Positions 8,758 through 18,292 of a stretch of 64,000 nucleotides of DNA are shown here, piece by piece; position 1 is the stretch's first letter; each line of letters begins with the position of its first letter. This stretch comes from Flavobacteriaceae bacterium (GTDB lineage: Bacteria > Bacteroidota > Bacteroidia > Flavobacteriales > Flavobacteriaceae), in assembly GCA_029268555.1 (NCBI GenBank), contig JAQWNN010000041.1:56-64055 (forward strand), given 5' to 3'. The translations under genes were made by a program, and so were the position numbers. Below the pieces are notes generated by a model that saw only the letters and a list, made by a program, of their open reading frames with translations, was not told the origin of the DNA and searched no databases.

Positions 8758-11700
8758 ATGACTAAAACTTTTTATGCAAAGCTGAAAGACCTGGCATTAA
8801 TCCTAATGCTATTTTTTCCAGTTATTTCTTTAGCTCAGCAATCTATATCGGGAACGATAACAGATGCTGATACTGGTGAACCCCTTTTGGGCGTTACCGT
8901 TTTGGTTCAAGGAACCAACAAAGGGACAGTTTCCGATTTTGACGGAAATTATTTAATTCAAAACGTTGACTCTGGAGAATATGTTTTGGATATATCTTAT
9001 ACTGGATATTCAAAACAATCTCAAGCTGTTAGCGTTGGATCTTCCGACTTAAGTCAAGATTTACAACTAACTTTTTCAGCATCCGAATTGGATGAAATAG
9101 TAGTTACTGGAACTGGTGCACCAGTTGCTAAAAAGCAACTTGGTAATAGTATTGGTTCTATATCAGCTGCTAGCCTAGAACAACTTCCAATTAACTCGTT
9201 CTCGGATATTCTTGCTGGTAGAGAGCCAGGAATAGTCGCTTTTCCTTCTGGTGGTTTAACTGGAGAGGGAGCACAAATTAGAATTAGAGGAAATGCTTCT
9301 TTATCACAGCTTAATGAACCAATCGTAATTGTTGATGGTATTCGAGTTGACCGTGGCGGTGGTTTTGGTGGCGGTTTCGTTGGCTCAGGTGGTGGGGGAT
9401 CCTCATCGCGTCTAGATGATATTAACCCTGAATCTATAGAAAGAGTAGAAATCCTTAAAGGAGCCTCTGCTGCTACCTTATTTGGAACGGAAGCAAGTAA
9501 CGGGGTAATACAAATTTTTACCAAAAAAGGAAGAACTGGAGCCCCAAAATTTGGATTTAAAGCAACACAAGGTTTTATTACTTATCCAAAGGGAGCAGTT
9601 CCTGACAACACAGGATGGACTTCTAGTGCATCTAGAGCTACAGAACTTACAGGGCTTCTTGGATATAGTGTAGCGCCATATCAATTATTATCTTTTAACG
9701 CAATGGAGGATCTTTATGAAACTGGTATTCAGAATACAGTAACAGCTGATGTATCAGGTGGGACTGAAAAAATTACCTATTTCTCTTCAGCACGTTACTC
9801 ATACACCGATGGTCCTTTTGGGGCTCAAGAGAGGACAGGATATTTAGATGGACAGCAAACAAATGCTCAAGACATCGACAGATTAGCTCAGTTTAACTTA
9901 AATTTAAATATTAATCCTAGTGATAAGTTTAACCTACGTTTAACTCAAGGATTTACTTCTAGATACAATGCTACATCTGAAAATAACAATAATATTTATG
10001 GTGTTGGCTCATTGGCTCAATTTAGTAAACCAGAACTTGTATCAGAGAATAACTCAACAGGTACAATTGCATTTGCAACTGTTGATGAAACACTTCAAGT
10101 TTCTATTGATTCGGAAGTCAGTAACTACAATGGTAGCTTAGGAATGAATTGGTATCCTACTGACTGGATAAAGATAGATGGTACGTTTGGATTAAATTAC
10201 GTTAGTCAATCAAGTAATAACTTTTGGCCCTTTGGTTGGAATATTGATGGATTTTCTGGAAGTCGTCCTGAAGGACAGTTAAGTCGTGATACAAGAAATT
10301 ACTTGGCTCAGACTGCTGAAGTAAAAGCTTCATTTAGCAATAATATTGGATCTAGTATTACTTCAAACCTCATTTTAGGTGGACAATATGTTTCGCAAGA
10401 AACCAGAACTTTAGGTGCACAGGGTACTGAGTTTCCTGGGCCCGGTTTTGAGGTTACATCTGCTGCAGGGGTTTTAGACGTTTTTGAATTTTTCGAAGAA
10501 ATTAAAACTGCTGGTGTATTTGCACAAGAACAACTTGGTTTTAATAATGTAATGTTTGTTACTCTTGGAGCTAGATTAGATGCAAACTCTGCTTTTGGTA
10601 GTGAATTTCAAGCTGCATTCTATCCTAAGGTATCTGCTTCTTATATACCCTCAGACTCTGCTAACTGGTCTGACATAGGGCCAATTAGTTCTTTACAGCT
10701 TAGGGGGTCTTATGGATGGTCAGGTCTCCAGCCTGGTGCCTTTGATTCATTAACTACCTACCTTGCATTGTCTTCTGTAGGTGGAGCTGGTATTGCACCT
10801 AATAACTTGGGTAATCCAGATCTAAAACCTGAAATATCAAAAGAATGGGAGGCTGGTTTCACAGCTGGATTGATAGATGATAAGTTGAGTCTTGAATTTA
10901 CTTATTTTGATCGTGTTACAGAAGATGCACTCTACGCGCGACAATTCCCACTATCTGGAGGATTTAGAAGTACTCAGCTAACAAATATTGGAGAATTAGC
11001 TGCATATGGTATGGAAATGAGCCTTAGTGGAACAGTAATCAGAACTTCTGATATTCAACTAAATTTATTTGTTAATGGAGCCTATTATAAGGATGAAGTT
11101 GTTAGTTTAGGTGGTGCACCACCATTAAAAGTTGGAGGATCATATCCAAGATATCGTAACTTTCTAAGAGAAGGTTATGCACCAGGTGCTAACTTTGGTG
11201 CTCAACTTTTAGAAGTTGGAGCTAATTCACTTCCTGTGGATATTGCAAATTCAGATGGACTTCCAGATACTAGAGATCAATTGATATCTTATTTTAATGG
11301 AAAAACTCCTGATAATGTTGGAAGCGTACCAACCTCAATTGGAACAGGTAGTGTTCTATTAAGAGATGAGGATGGTGACGGAGATTATCTAGACCATTAT
11401 CTTGGAAAAGCAACTCCTGATTGGACGGGTTCTTTCGGAGGATCACTTACTTTCAAAAACTTTACTCTAAGTACAACCTTTGAATATAAAGCTGGAAACT
11501 TTGTTATTAATAACTTAACAGATGCATTCCGTCAAGCTAATGGTGCTATTGGACGAAATTTACCAACCTCAGCACGTACAGTCAGAGATTATGCTACTGG
11601 AGGTGTAGATGGAGGTTTCAATCCTCAAAACGATGCTAATGTAAGGGTTAATGCTTTAGATGATTGGTTGAATAACACTTTAGCCTTAGCACCTTTTTCA

Positions 11701-11988
11701 GGTCTAAATACACTTGAAAAAGCTGACTATATCAGTTGGAATGAATTAAGTTTAAATTACAAATTTACTGGAAGTATTTTAGACACTTTCAACTTTGACA
11801 GAGCCTCATTAGGCGTTTCAGGAAGAAACATTGCGCTTTTCACGGGTTACACTGGGGTTGATCCCAGAATTAACTTTGTGGGAAGAGGAAGTGGAAGTAC
11901 TTTAGATCAAAACTTTGGTCAAGGTATAGCAGCCTTTGGATGGCCTGTTCCAAGACAATTTATCGTTACTCTTAAAGTAGGATTCTAA
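8758..11988 (+). CDS. SusC/RagA-family TonB-dependent outer membrane receptor
   Basis: 1076 aa with a signal peptide ending ISLAQQ. It has an N-terminal carboxypeptidase-regulatory-like domain (ISGTITDADTGEPLLGVTVLVQGTNKGTVSDFDGNYLI). The plug motif reads IRIRGNASL...VDGIRV...INPESIERVEILKGASAATLFGTEASNGVIQIFTKKG. The protein ends in F. It is followed 1 nt later by a SusD-like gene. Confidence 0.9.
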   Translation: MTKTFYAKLKDLALILMLFFPVISLAQQSISGTITDADTGEPLLGVTVLVQGTNKGTVSDFDGNYLIQNVDSGEYVLDISYTGYSKQSQAVSVGSSDLSQDLQLTFSASELDEIVVTGTGAPVAKKQLGNSIGSISAASLEQLPINSFSDILAGREPGIVAFPSGGLTGEGAQIRIRGNASLSQLNEPIVIVDGIRVDRGGGFGGGFVGSGGGGSSSRLDDINPESIERVEILKGASAATLFGTEASNGVIQIFTKKGRTGAPKFGFKATQGFITYPKGAVPDNTGWTSSASRATELTGLLGYSVAPYQLLSFNAMEDLYETGIQNTVTADVSGGTEKITYFSSARYSYTDGPFGAQERTGYLDGQQTNAQDIDRLAQFNLNLNINPSDKFNLRLTQGFTSRYNATSENNNNIYGVGSLAQFSKPELVSENNSTGTIAFATVDETLQVSIDSEVSNYNGSLGMNWYPTDWIKIDGTFGLNYVSQSSNNFWPFGWNIDGFSGSRPEGQLSRDTRNYLAQTAEVKASFSNNIGSSITSNLILGGQYVSQETRTLGAQGTEFPGPGFEVTSAAGVLDVFEFFEEIKTAGVFAQEQLGFNNVMFVTLGARLDANSAFGSEFQAAFYPKVSASYIPSDSANWSDIGPISSLQLRGSYGWSGLQPGAFDSLTTYLALSSVGGAGIAPNNLGNPDLKPEISKEWEAGFTAGLIDDKLSLEFTYFDRVTEDALYARQFPLSGGFRSTQLTNIGELAAYGMEMSLSGTVIRTSDIQLNLFVNGAYYKDEVVSLGGAPPLKVGGSYPRYRNFLREGYAPGANFGAQLLEVGANSLPVDIANSDGLPDTRDQLISYFNGKTPDNVGSVPTSIGTGSVLLRDEDGDGDYLDHYLGKATPDWTGSFGGSLTFKNFTLSTTFEYKAGNFVINNLTDAFRQANGAIGRNLPTSARTVRDYATGGVDGGFNPQNDANVRVNALDDWLNNTLALAPFSGLNTLEKADYISWNELSLNYKFTGSILDTFNFDRASLGVSGRNIALFTGYTGVDPRINFVGRGSGSTLDQNFGQGIAAFGWPVPRQFIVTLKVGF

Positions 11989-11989
11989 A

Positions 11990-13327
11990 ATGAAAAAAAT
12001 GAAAAATATATATACAATGAAAAATTTATTTCTTTTACTTATATCTGGTTTATTGTTTGCTAGTTGTAGTTTAGATGCTAACAACCCAAACAGCTTAGGT
12101 GAAGACCAACTAGATATTAGAGCATTTACCCCGATGGTAAATGGTCTTGAAGGCGTACTTGTTAGAGCCTACGGAAATATTCTTGCTCCTTATTCAGTAG
12201 CGAGTGATGAAATGGTCTGGATTGGTTCTCGAGACGCATGGCAGCAATTAAATTTTGGGAATGTTGATAACATCAATAACGAATTTGTTGATGCGGCATT
12301 CTTCTATGTTGCTGAAGCACGCTATTGGGCTGATGATGTAATAGCTAGAGGTGAAGAGTTTAGTACTTCCAACGCTTTTACAAGTTCTAATAAAACAGAT
12401 CTTGCCAAAGCCTACTGGTATGGAGCAATCATCTATACAGTTATTGCAGATATGTTTGATGACTTTGTAGTAGGTTCAGTTAAAACTGAAGGTACTGCCG
12501 CTGTAGGTGCTGCTAATATGGGAAGTCTTTATGATACTGCTACAAGTTATATAGACAAAGCTTTAGCTTTAAACGCTGGGTTAACTTCAGCGTTAAAGGC
12601 AACTAAAGCTAGGATTGTATTTTCAAAGGGTGTTTGGGCTAAAAATAACCCAGTAAATACTGCAAGTCCACTCGTAAGTGCGGGAGCAGCTGCTTCATTA
12701 GCTCAAGAGGCGTTAACAGCTCTTGGTGATGATTTCTCAGTTAATCTTTTAACTTCCGGATCAGCACCTGATACTGTTGGTGGTTTAGATATTGCAGGAG
12801 AAGTAAATGGTCGTCTTGAAATGAGACTTTCGGATACTTATGTAATTTCTTCAAATGCAAAACAACCTGATTCTCCTGGTGATGGTGATCCTTCAACGAC
12901 TATATCGTTATTAGATCCTGTTGATAATATTGCTGATCCAGCATTATTCAGACTTGTGGCTGATTTTACAAATTCTGCAGGTAACGGGATTTATCCAGAA
13001 TACCCAGTAGTAACCGGAAGAGAAATGCATCTGATCATTGCTGAAAATGCTTTAGCTAGTGGAGATAATGCAACTTTTACAGCGCATATCAATAAAATCA
13101 GAGCACTTGACGGATTGACAGATTATTCTGGACAAATAGATGCACAAGACATGCTTGAGCATACAAGAAGGGTAAATCTTTTCCTTATGGGTAGAAGATT
13201 ATCAGATCATTACCGATTTGGTAGTCCATCAGAATATTGGGTACCTACCTCTCCTGCGGTAAATTCTCCAGGTTCATTCTTTCCAATTACAATTTCTGAA
13301 ATTCAAGCAAATGAAAATATAAATTAA
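11990..13327 (+). CDS. SusD/RagB-like outer membrane lipoprotein (short form)
   Basis: 445 aa with lipobox LLFASCS. Its position immediately downstream of the SusC-like gene is the canonical pairing. The exact start could be Met1, Met4 or Met10. Confidence 0.75.
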   Translation: MKKMKNIYTMKNLFLLLISGLLFASCSLDANNPNSLGEDQLDIRAFTPMVNGLEGVLVRAYGNILAPYSVASDEMVWIGSRDAWQQLNFGNVDNINNEFVDAAFFYVAEARYWADDVIARGEEFSTSNAFTSSNKTDLAKAYWYGAIIYTVIADMFDDFVVGSVKTEGTAAVGAANMGSLYDTATSYIDKALALNAGLTSALKATKARIVFSKGVWAKNNPVNTASPLVSAGAAASLAQEALTALGDDFSVNLLTSGSAPDTVGGLDIAGEVNGRLEMRLSDTYVISSNAKQPDSPGDGDPSTTISLLDPVDNIADPALFRLVADFTNSAGNGIYPEYPVVTGREMHLIIAENALASGDNATFTAHINKIRALDGLTDYSGQIDAQDMLEHTRRVNLFLMGRRLSDHYRFGSPSEYWVPTSPAVNSPGSFFPITISEIQANENIN

Positions 13328-13350
13328 TATTTAATTTGTTATATAAATTA

Positions 13351-13382
13351 AAAACCCTCACATTCTGTGAGGGTTTTTTTTT
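13351..13382 (+). terminator. Rho-independent terminator after the SusD-like gene (A-run/T-run flanks make it potentially bidirectional)
   Basis: CCCTCACA (13355-13362), loop TTC, TGTGAGGG (13366-13373), followed by T9. It is preceded by AAAA. Confidence 0.8.
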
Positions 13383-13396
13383 AAAATAATTAAGCG

Positions 13397-13470
13397 TGAC
13401 CCAGGGAGGATTTGAACCCCCAACCCTCAGAGCCGAAATCTGATATTCTATCCAGTTGAACTACTGGGCC
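13397..13470 (-). tRNA. tRNA-Arg (anticodon UCG), 74 nt, CCA not encoded
   Basis: The reverse complement folds by hand. Acceptor stem is GGCCCAG/CTGGGTC. D arm is GTTC-AACTGGATA-GAAT. Anticodon stem is TCAGA/TCTGA with loop TTTCGGC (anticodon TCG). T arm is GGGGG-TTCAAAT-CCTCC. The discriminator base is A. Confidence 0.9.
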
Positions 13471-13623
13471 GGTGAGAATATAAAATTAAGCATAATTAAT
13501 TTGAAAAATAAATGGTAAAGTTTAAATTACATTTACATTGGAAAATGAATATTTATGAGTTTCCAATCATAAAAAATAATTTCTCATAAAAGTAAAGAAT
13601 TAAAGGGTTTGAGGTATTTTAAT

Positions 13624-14076
13624 TTAAGCTCCCAACTTTTCCTTAACTATATTAGAAATTCTTTTACCATCTGCCTTACCAGCTAGTTGTTTTGATGCCA
13701 TTCCCATAACTTTACCCATATCTTTCATTCCTTCTGCTCCAGATGATTCTATAATAGTAGCAATAGCACTTTCAACTTCTTGATCAGTTAGCTGAATCGG
13801 TAAAAAGGAGGCTATAACTTCTGCTTGAGCTTCTTCAGGTTCAGCCAAATCTAATCTGTTTTGTTCTTTAAAAATTGCTGCACTATCTTTTCTTTGTTTA
13901 ACCAGTCGTTGTAATAATTTAATTGCCTCTTGGTCACTTATATTCCCTGAACTTCCACTCGAGGTCTCAGCTAATAAAACAGCAGATTTAATTGCTCTTA
14001 GAGATTCAAGTTTAACAGTATCCTTAGAACGCATAGCATTTTTTATTTCTTCTGTAAGATTATCTAATACCCCCAT
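13624..14076 (-). CDS. GatB/YqeY domain-containing protein
   Basis: 150 aa. The pattern ...IKNAMRSKD...LRAIKSA...EAQAEVIASFLP...MGKVMG... is typical of YqeY-like proteins. Confidence 0.8.
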   Translation of the reverse strand: MGVLDNLTEEIKNAMRSKDTVKLESLRAIKSAVLLAETSSGSSGNISDQEAIKLLQRLVKQRKDSAAIFKEQNRLDLAEPEEAQAEVIASFLPIQLTDQEVESAIATIIESSGAEGMKDMGKVMGMASKQLAGKADGKRISNIVKEKLGA

Positions 14077-14089
14077 GATTAAAATTTTA

Positions 14090-16255
14090 TTAGTCTACGT
14101 TATCGTGTAAAAAGGAATTATTTGATCGCATTTGTAGATCATCATTATTATCAATATTCAGAGTTGTTCTTGAATGAGCTTCAGGTAGATCTGAGTCCAA
14201 ATCCAATCCTTGTCTTTTGTATGCTGGTTGTTTTTCCATATCATCTACTCGTTGCATTTGATGCATAAACTTATGGTTGAAAGCCTTAAGATGTTCCTTT
14301 CGTTTATTGTTTTGAACAGCAAGTGTTTCATTTATGGACATATCAAAAGGATTCTCTGCTTTATCAGTTAATTGTTCTACAGTTTTTGTTTCTTCTACTA
14401 AATGAGCTTGTTTATGATCTTTTGGAGTCCCTTCTTCAGTATTTTTTAATTCAAATTTTATTTCAAGAGCAGTTTCATCAAAATTCTTGACTTTTTTATC
14501 CTGAGATAGATCTTCATTAAGCTCATTCACAACAGAAGAGGTTTGTTCCGCGTCCCCTTTTGATTTCAATGGTATTTCGAATTCCATTTGCATCTGACTG
14601 TCCGGATCTATTGTTTCAGGATCAACCACTTCCATTTGAAAAGAATCTTTTGCTTCAACCTCATTAAAAACAAATCCAGTTTCTTCATCAGGAATTGCTA
14701 TTTCTCCCAAATTTTCACTTTCTAAAGGTTGAACCTCAGGTGCTACTTTGTCTTCATATACTTCCGCTTCAGTTTCAAAAAAAGAGGATGTCAAATTGAA
14801 TTCAGGTGTTGATAATAACTCTTCATCGTCCTGAATAAGCTCACTAAAAGTTTCTATATTATCTCTACTAGTTTGATCTTTTGGTTCTGTATACTCCTCT
14901 AAAACAGATTCATCTTCAATGAGTAATTCATTATGAGCCATCTTTTCTTCTTCTGAATGATCTTTAATATGGGTATCTATTTCTGACAACTCAGAAGACT
15001 CGAGTCCATTATCTAATTGATTAACAGCAGTATAAGAAATCAATTCATAATCTACTTCAATCTCTCGAAGCAACTCATTCGTTTCAATTAGGTGATTTTT
15101 ATTTTCAGAATTGAATGGTTCAAATTGGATTTTGTCTACCTCTTCTTCAGAATCTTTATGTTGAATTTGATCCTCCTGTTTCCCTTCGTCACTCAAATCA
15201 CAAATAACTTTTTGTTCGTCTTCTAGAGAATGGATGATTTTTTTTGCTTCAGTATTCGAGATTTCATTTTGCTGTTCCTGACCAAATCCTGTTGCTATTA
15301 CAGTCACTGAAACTTCATTTCCAAGGGTCTCATCCTCTCCAACTCCCATAATGATATTCGTATGATTACCTGCTTCAGATTGAATGTAATCGTTTATTTC
15401 TCCTATTTCATCAATTGTAATCTCATCTGATCCAGAAACTATAAGAAGAAGTACATTTTTACAACCAGTAATTTTGTTGTCATTTAAGAGGGGTGAATCC
15501 AAGGCTTTTACAATTGCTTCTTGTGCTCTATTACTCCCAGAGGCAGTGCCTGAACCCATTATAGCAGTTCCTGAGTTTGTCAATACAGTCTTAGCATCTT
15601 TTAAATCAATATTTTGAGTATAATGATGGGTAATAACCTCTGCTATTCCTCGTGCAGCTTTAGCTAATACCTCATCTGCTTTTGCAAAGCCAGCTTTAAA
15701 TCCAAGGTTACCATATACTTCTCTTAACTTATTATTATTAATCACAATAAGTGCGTCTACAGCTCCTTTAATTTTTTCAAGTCCTTTTTGGGCTTGTTCC
15801 AAGCGTAATTTCCCCTCAAACTGAAAAGGCATAGTTACAATTCCTACAGTAAGTATATCCATGGATTTTGCCATTTGAGCAATAATTGGAGCTGCTCCAG
15901 TCCCAGTTCCACCTCCCATACCTGCAGTTATAAAAATCATTTTAGTCTGAGTTGTTAAAATATTATGGATTTGTTCGTGACTCTCTTGTGCAGCTTTAGC
16001 TCCTACTTCTGGGTTAGCACCTGCCCCAAGCCCTTCAGTTAAGCTAGCTCCCAATTGAATTTTTGTTGGAACACCACTTTCGGATAATGCTTGAGCATCG
16101 GTATTGCTTATGATGAAGTCAACCCCTTTAATCCCCTGCTGAAACATATAATTGATAGCATTGCTTCCTCCACCACCAACTCCCATGACTTTAATCACAT
16201 TACTTCTGTTCTTAGGCAAATCAAAACTGATTTCTTTATTTTCTACTTGATCCAT
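14090..16255 (-). CDS. ftsZ: Cell division protein FtsZ with a very long acidic C-terminal linker
   Basis: Tubulin signature GGGTGTGAAP. N-terminal motifs GVGGGGSNA and NTDAQAL. The 721 aa comprise a roughly 320-aa GTPase core, then a roughly 380-aa E/D/Q-rich tail ending in SFLHDNVD. Confidence 0.95.
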   Translation of the reverse strand: MDQVENKEISFDLPKNRSNVIKVMGVGGGGSNAINYMFQQGIKGVDFIISNTDAQALSESGVPTKIQLGASLTEGLGAGANPEVGAKAAQESHEQIHNILTTQTKMIFITAGMGGGTGTGAAPIIAQMAKSMDILTVGIVTMPFQFEGKLRLEQAQKGLEKIKGAVDALIVINNNKLREVYGNLGFKAGFAKADEVLAKAARGIAEVITHHYTQNIDLKDAKTVLTNSGTAIMGSGTASGSNRAQEAIVKALDSPLLNDNKITGCKNVLLLIVSGSDEITIDEIGEINDYIQSEAGNHTNIIMGVGEDETLGNEVSVTVIATGFGQEQQNEISNTEAKKIIHSLEDEQKVICDLSDEGKQEDQIQHKDSEEEVDKIQFEPFNSENKNHLIETNELLREIEVDYELISYTAVNQLDNGLESSELSEIDTHIKDHSEEEKMAHNELLIEDESVLEEYTEPKDQTSRDNIETFSELIQDDEELLSTPEFNLTSSFFETEAEVYEDKVAPEVQPLESENLGEIAIPDEETGFVFNEVEAKDSFQMEVVDPETIDPDSQMQMEFEIPLKSKGDAEQTSSVVNELNEDLSQDKKVKNFDETALEIKFELKNTEEGTPKDHKQAHLVEETKTVEQLTDKAENPFDMSINETLAVQNNKRKEHLKAFNHKFMHQMQRVDDMEKQPAYKRQGLDLDSDLPEAHSRTTLNIDNNDDLQMRSNNSFLHDNVD

Positions 16256-16267
16256 ATTAAATACTAA

Positions 16268-17575
16268 TTATGCATTATCTAAAAATTCTTTTAACTTTTC
16301 GCCAAAGCGGTCTAAAATTGATTTTCTTTTTTGGGCAACATTCCCTGATTGTTCATTTTTTTCATCCTGCTCTTGTTTATTTTCTATTTTATATGACTCT
16401 ACTTCAATCTTTTCACCTTCCAATGCACTCATTAATAATCCAACAGACGTAGCAAATAGCGGACTTGATACTGATTCTTGGGTATCTCCCGCTAAATGCT
16501 CACTTGGATAACCAACTCGTGTATCCATTCCAGTGATGTATTCAACTAGCTGCTTTAAGTGTTTAAGCTGACTTCCACCTCCAGTTAGAACTATACCTGC
16601 TATTAATTTTTTCTTTTGATCATTATTATGGCCGTAATTTTTAATTTCTAAATAGACCTGCTCAATAATTTCAACTACTCTAGCATTTATGATTTTGGAA
16701 AGAGTTTTTAAGGAAATTTCTTTTGGGTCTCTACCTCTTAATCCTGGTATGGATACAATTTCTGTTTCTCTATTCTCACCCGGCCAAGCTGAACCAAATT
16801 TTATTTTTAAAAGTTCTGCCTGTTTCTCAATGATTGAACAGCCTTCTTTTATATCCTCTGAAATTACATTTCCTCCAAAAGTAATTACTGCCGTATGTCT
16901 AATAATACCGTCTTTGAAAATGGCTAAGTCTGTTGTTCCACCTCCAATATCAATTAAAGCGACACCAGCTTCTTTTTCTTCAAAACTCAACACAGCTTCA
17001 GACGATGCTAATGGCTCTAATGTGATTTTTGCCATATTTAACCCAGCGCTTTTAATGCATCTCCCTATATTTTTGATAGAAGAAACCTGACCTACTACCA
17101 CGTGAAAATTTGCTTCCAAACGACCACCGTGCATTCCAACAGGTTCTTTAATTTCACCTTGCCCATCCACTTTATATTCTTGTGGGAGTACATGAATAAT
17201 TTCTTCGCCAGGTAGCATCACCAATTTGTATACTTGTTGAATTAAAACATGAATATCATCCTCATTGATAACTTCTTCAGGATGGTCCCTCGTAATATAA
17301 TCACTATGTTGTATACTTCTTATGTGCTGCCCTGCAATCCCAACTACTACATCAGAAATGTCATGACTAGAATTGAGTTTAGCGTCATCAACGGCTTGCT
17401 GAATGGATTGGATAGTTTGAGTAATATTGTTAACTACTCCCCGATGAACCCCAAGACTTTTTGACTTCCCAACACCCAAAATCTCAACTTTATTGAATTC
17501 ATTTTTCTTGCCAACCAACGCAACAATTTTTGTCGTTCCGATGTCAAGCCCTACTGAAATATTTGTATTTTCCAT
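16268..17575 (-). CDS. ftsA: Cell division protein FtsA
   Basis: Actin-fold phosphate motifs GLDIGTTKIV and LIDIGGGTTDLAIF. It sits between ftsQ and ftsZ. Confidence 0.95.
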   Translation of the reverse strand: MENTNISVGLDIGTTKIVALVGKKNEFNKVEILGVGKSKSLGVHRGVVNNITQTIQSIQQAVDDAKLNSSHDISDVVVGIAGQHIRSIQHSDYITRDHPEEVINEDDIHVLIQQVYKLVMLPGEEIIHVLPQEYKVDGQGEIKEPVGMHGGRLEANFHVVVGQVSSIKNIGRCIKSAGLNMAKITLEPLASSEAVLSFEEKEAGVALIDIGGGTTDLAIFKDGIIRHTAVITFGGNVISEDIKEGCSIIEKQAELLKIKFGSAWPGENRETEIVSIPGLRGRDPKEISLKTLSKIINARVVEIIEQVYLEIKNYGHNNDQKKKLIAGIVLTGGGSQLKHLKQLVEYITGMDTRVGYPSEHLAGDTQESVSSPLFATSVGLLMSALEGEKIEVESYKIENKQEQDEKNEQSGNVAQKRKSILDRFGEKLKEFLDNA

Positions 17576-17578
17576 AAC

Positions 17579-18292
17579 TTAAATTTTTGTAGCTACTACC
17601 TGGTTTTTATAACTTAAATTAATTTTTTTATAACCCTTCAAACTGTCTTGACTGATTTGAAAAGCGCAAAAAATCTTTAGTTTTTCTATTTTTTGTGTAA
17701 GTTGTGTTGAATCACCTATAACGATATCGAAAGGAAAAGATCTCAATTCCAAGATGTATTCATCTTCATCTAAATAAATCGCTTCTAATTCAACATTCAA
17801 CAAGGAGTCATTTCTAAGTTTTGAAATCAAGTCAGCAGTCTGAATTAGTGAAGTAATTGTGCTATCCATTTTAAAGACTGGAAGATTTAAACTATCGTTT
17901 AGATGATAGTCAAATAAAATTCCCTTTGCATCACCAAAAAAGCGTTTATCTAAAGATACTTCGAATAATGGTTTTCGCTCTGTAACCTCAACAGTTAATT
18001 CTCCCTGAGGAATCATGTAAACTTCAATATTTTGAACCTCTGGTGTGCGTTTCATCTGAGTTTCGAGCATATTCAAATCTAAACTTTCTTTGAACTGTTT
18101 TGACTGTTGATCAAAGTTTTGTGTTAACAATTTATTAACCAACAAAGTGTCTAAAAGCAGGGGGGGCTTGGTAAATTTGATTTCAAATTTAGATGTTGTT
18201 CTAGTTTTGTTTTTTAAATGAGAAAACCAATAAGCTCCTCCTAAAAGAAGAGCCATTATAACTAAGAAAATTAAAGACCTGTAAGCTTTCAT
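17579..18292 (-). CDS. ftsQ: Cell division protein FtsQ (single TM, POTRA-type)
   Basis: 237 aa with one N-terminal TM helix. It sits between murC and ftsA. Its start overlaps the murC stop by 1 nt. Confidence 0.8.
   Translation of the reverse strand: MKAYRSLIFLVIMALLLGGAYWFSHLKNKTRTTSKFEIKFTKPPLLLDTLLVNKLLTQNFDQQSKQFKESLDLNMLETQMKRTPEVQNIEVYMIPQGELTVEVTERKPLFEVSLDKRFFGDAKGILFDYHLNDSLNLPVFKMDSTITSLIQTADLISKLRNDSLLNVELEAIYLDEDEYILELRSFPFDIVIGDSTQLTQKIEKLKIFCAFQISQDSLKGYKKINLSYKNQVVATKI

Noticed and set aside
9054-9524. A 156-codon antisense ORF with a proline-rich run (PPPPEPTKPPPKPPP) inside the SusC-like gene.
   Set aside because: The Pro run is simply the complement of the Gly-rich GGN codons of the SusC plug insertion, so this is a shadow ORF.
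13471-13623. The 153-bp gap between tRNA-Arg and the yqeY-like gene as a possible sRNA or small ORF. It contains a 25-codon ATG ORF and a 6-bp inverted repeat TATGAG/CTCATA.
   Set aside because: The ORF is tiny with no ribosome-binding context. The inverted repeat is short with a ~25-nt loop. The region most likely just holds the tRNA promoter, for example TAATTTTA about 11 nt upstream of the tRNA.
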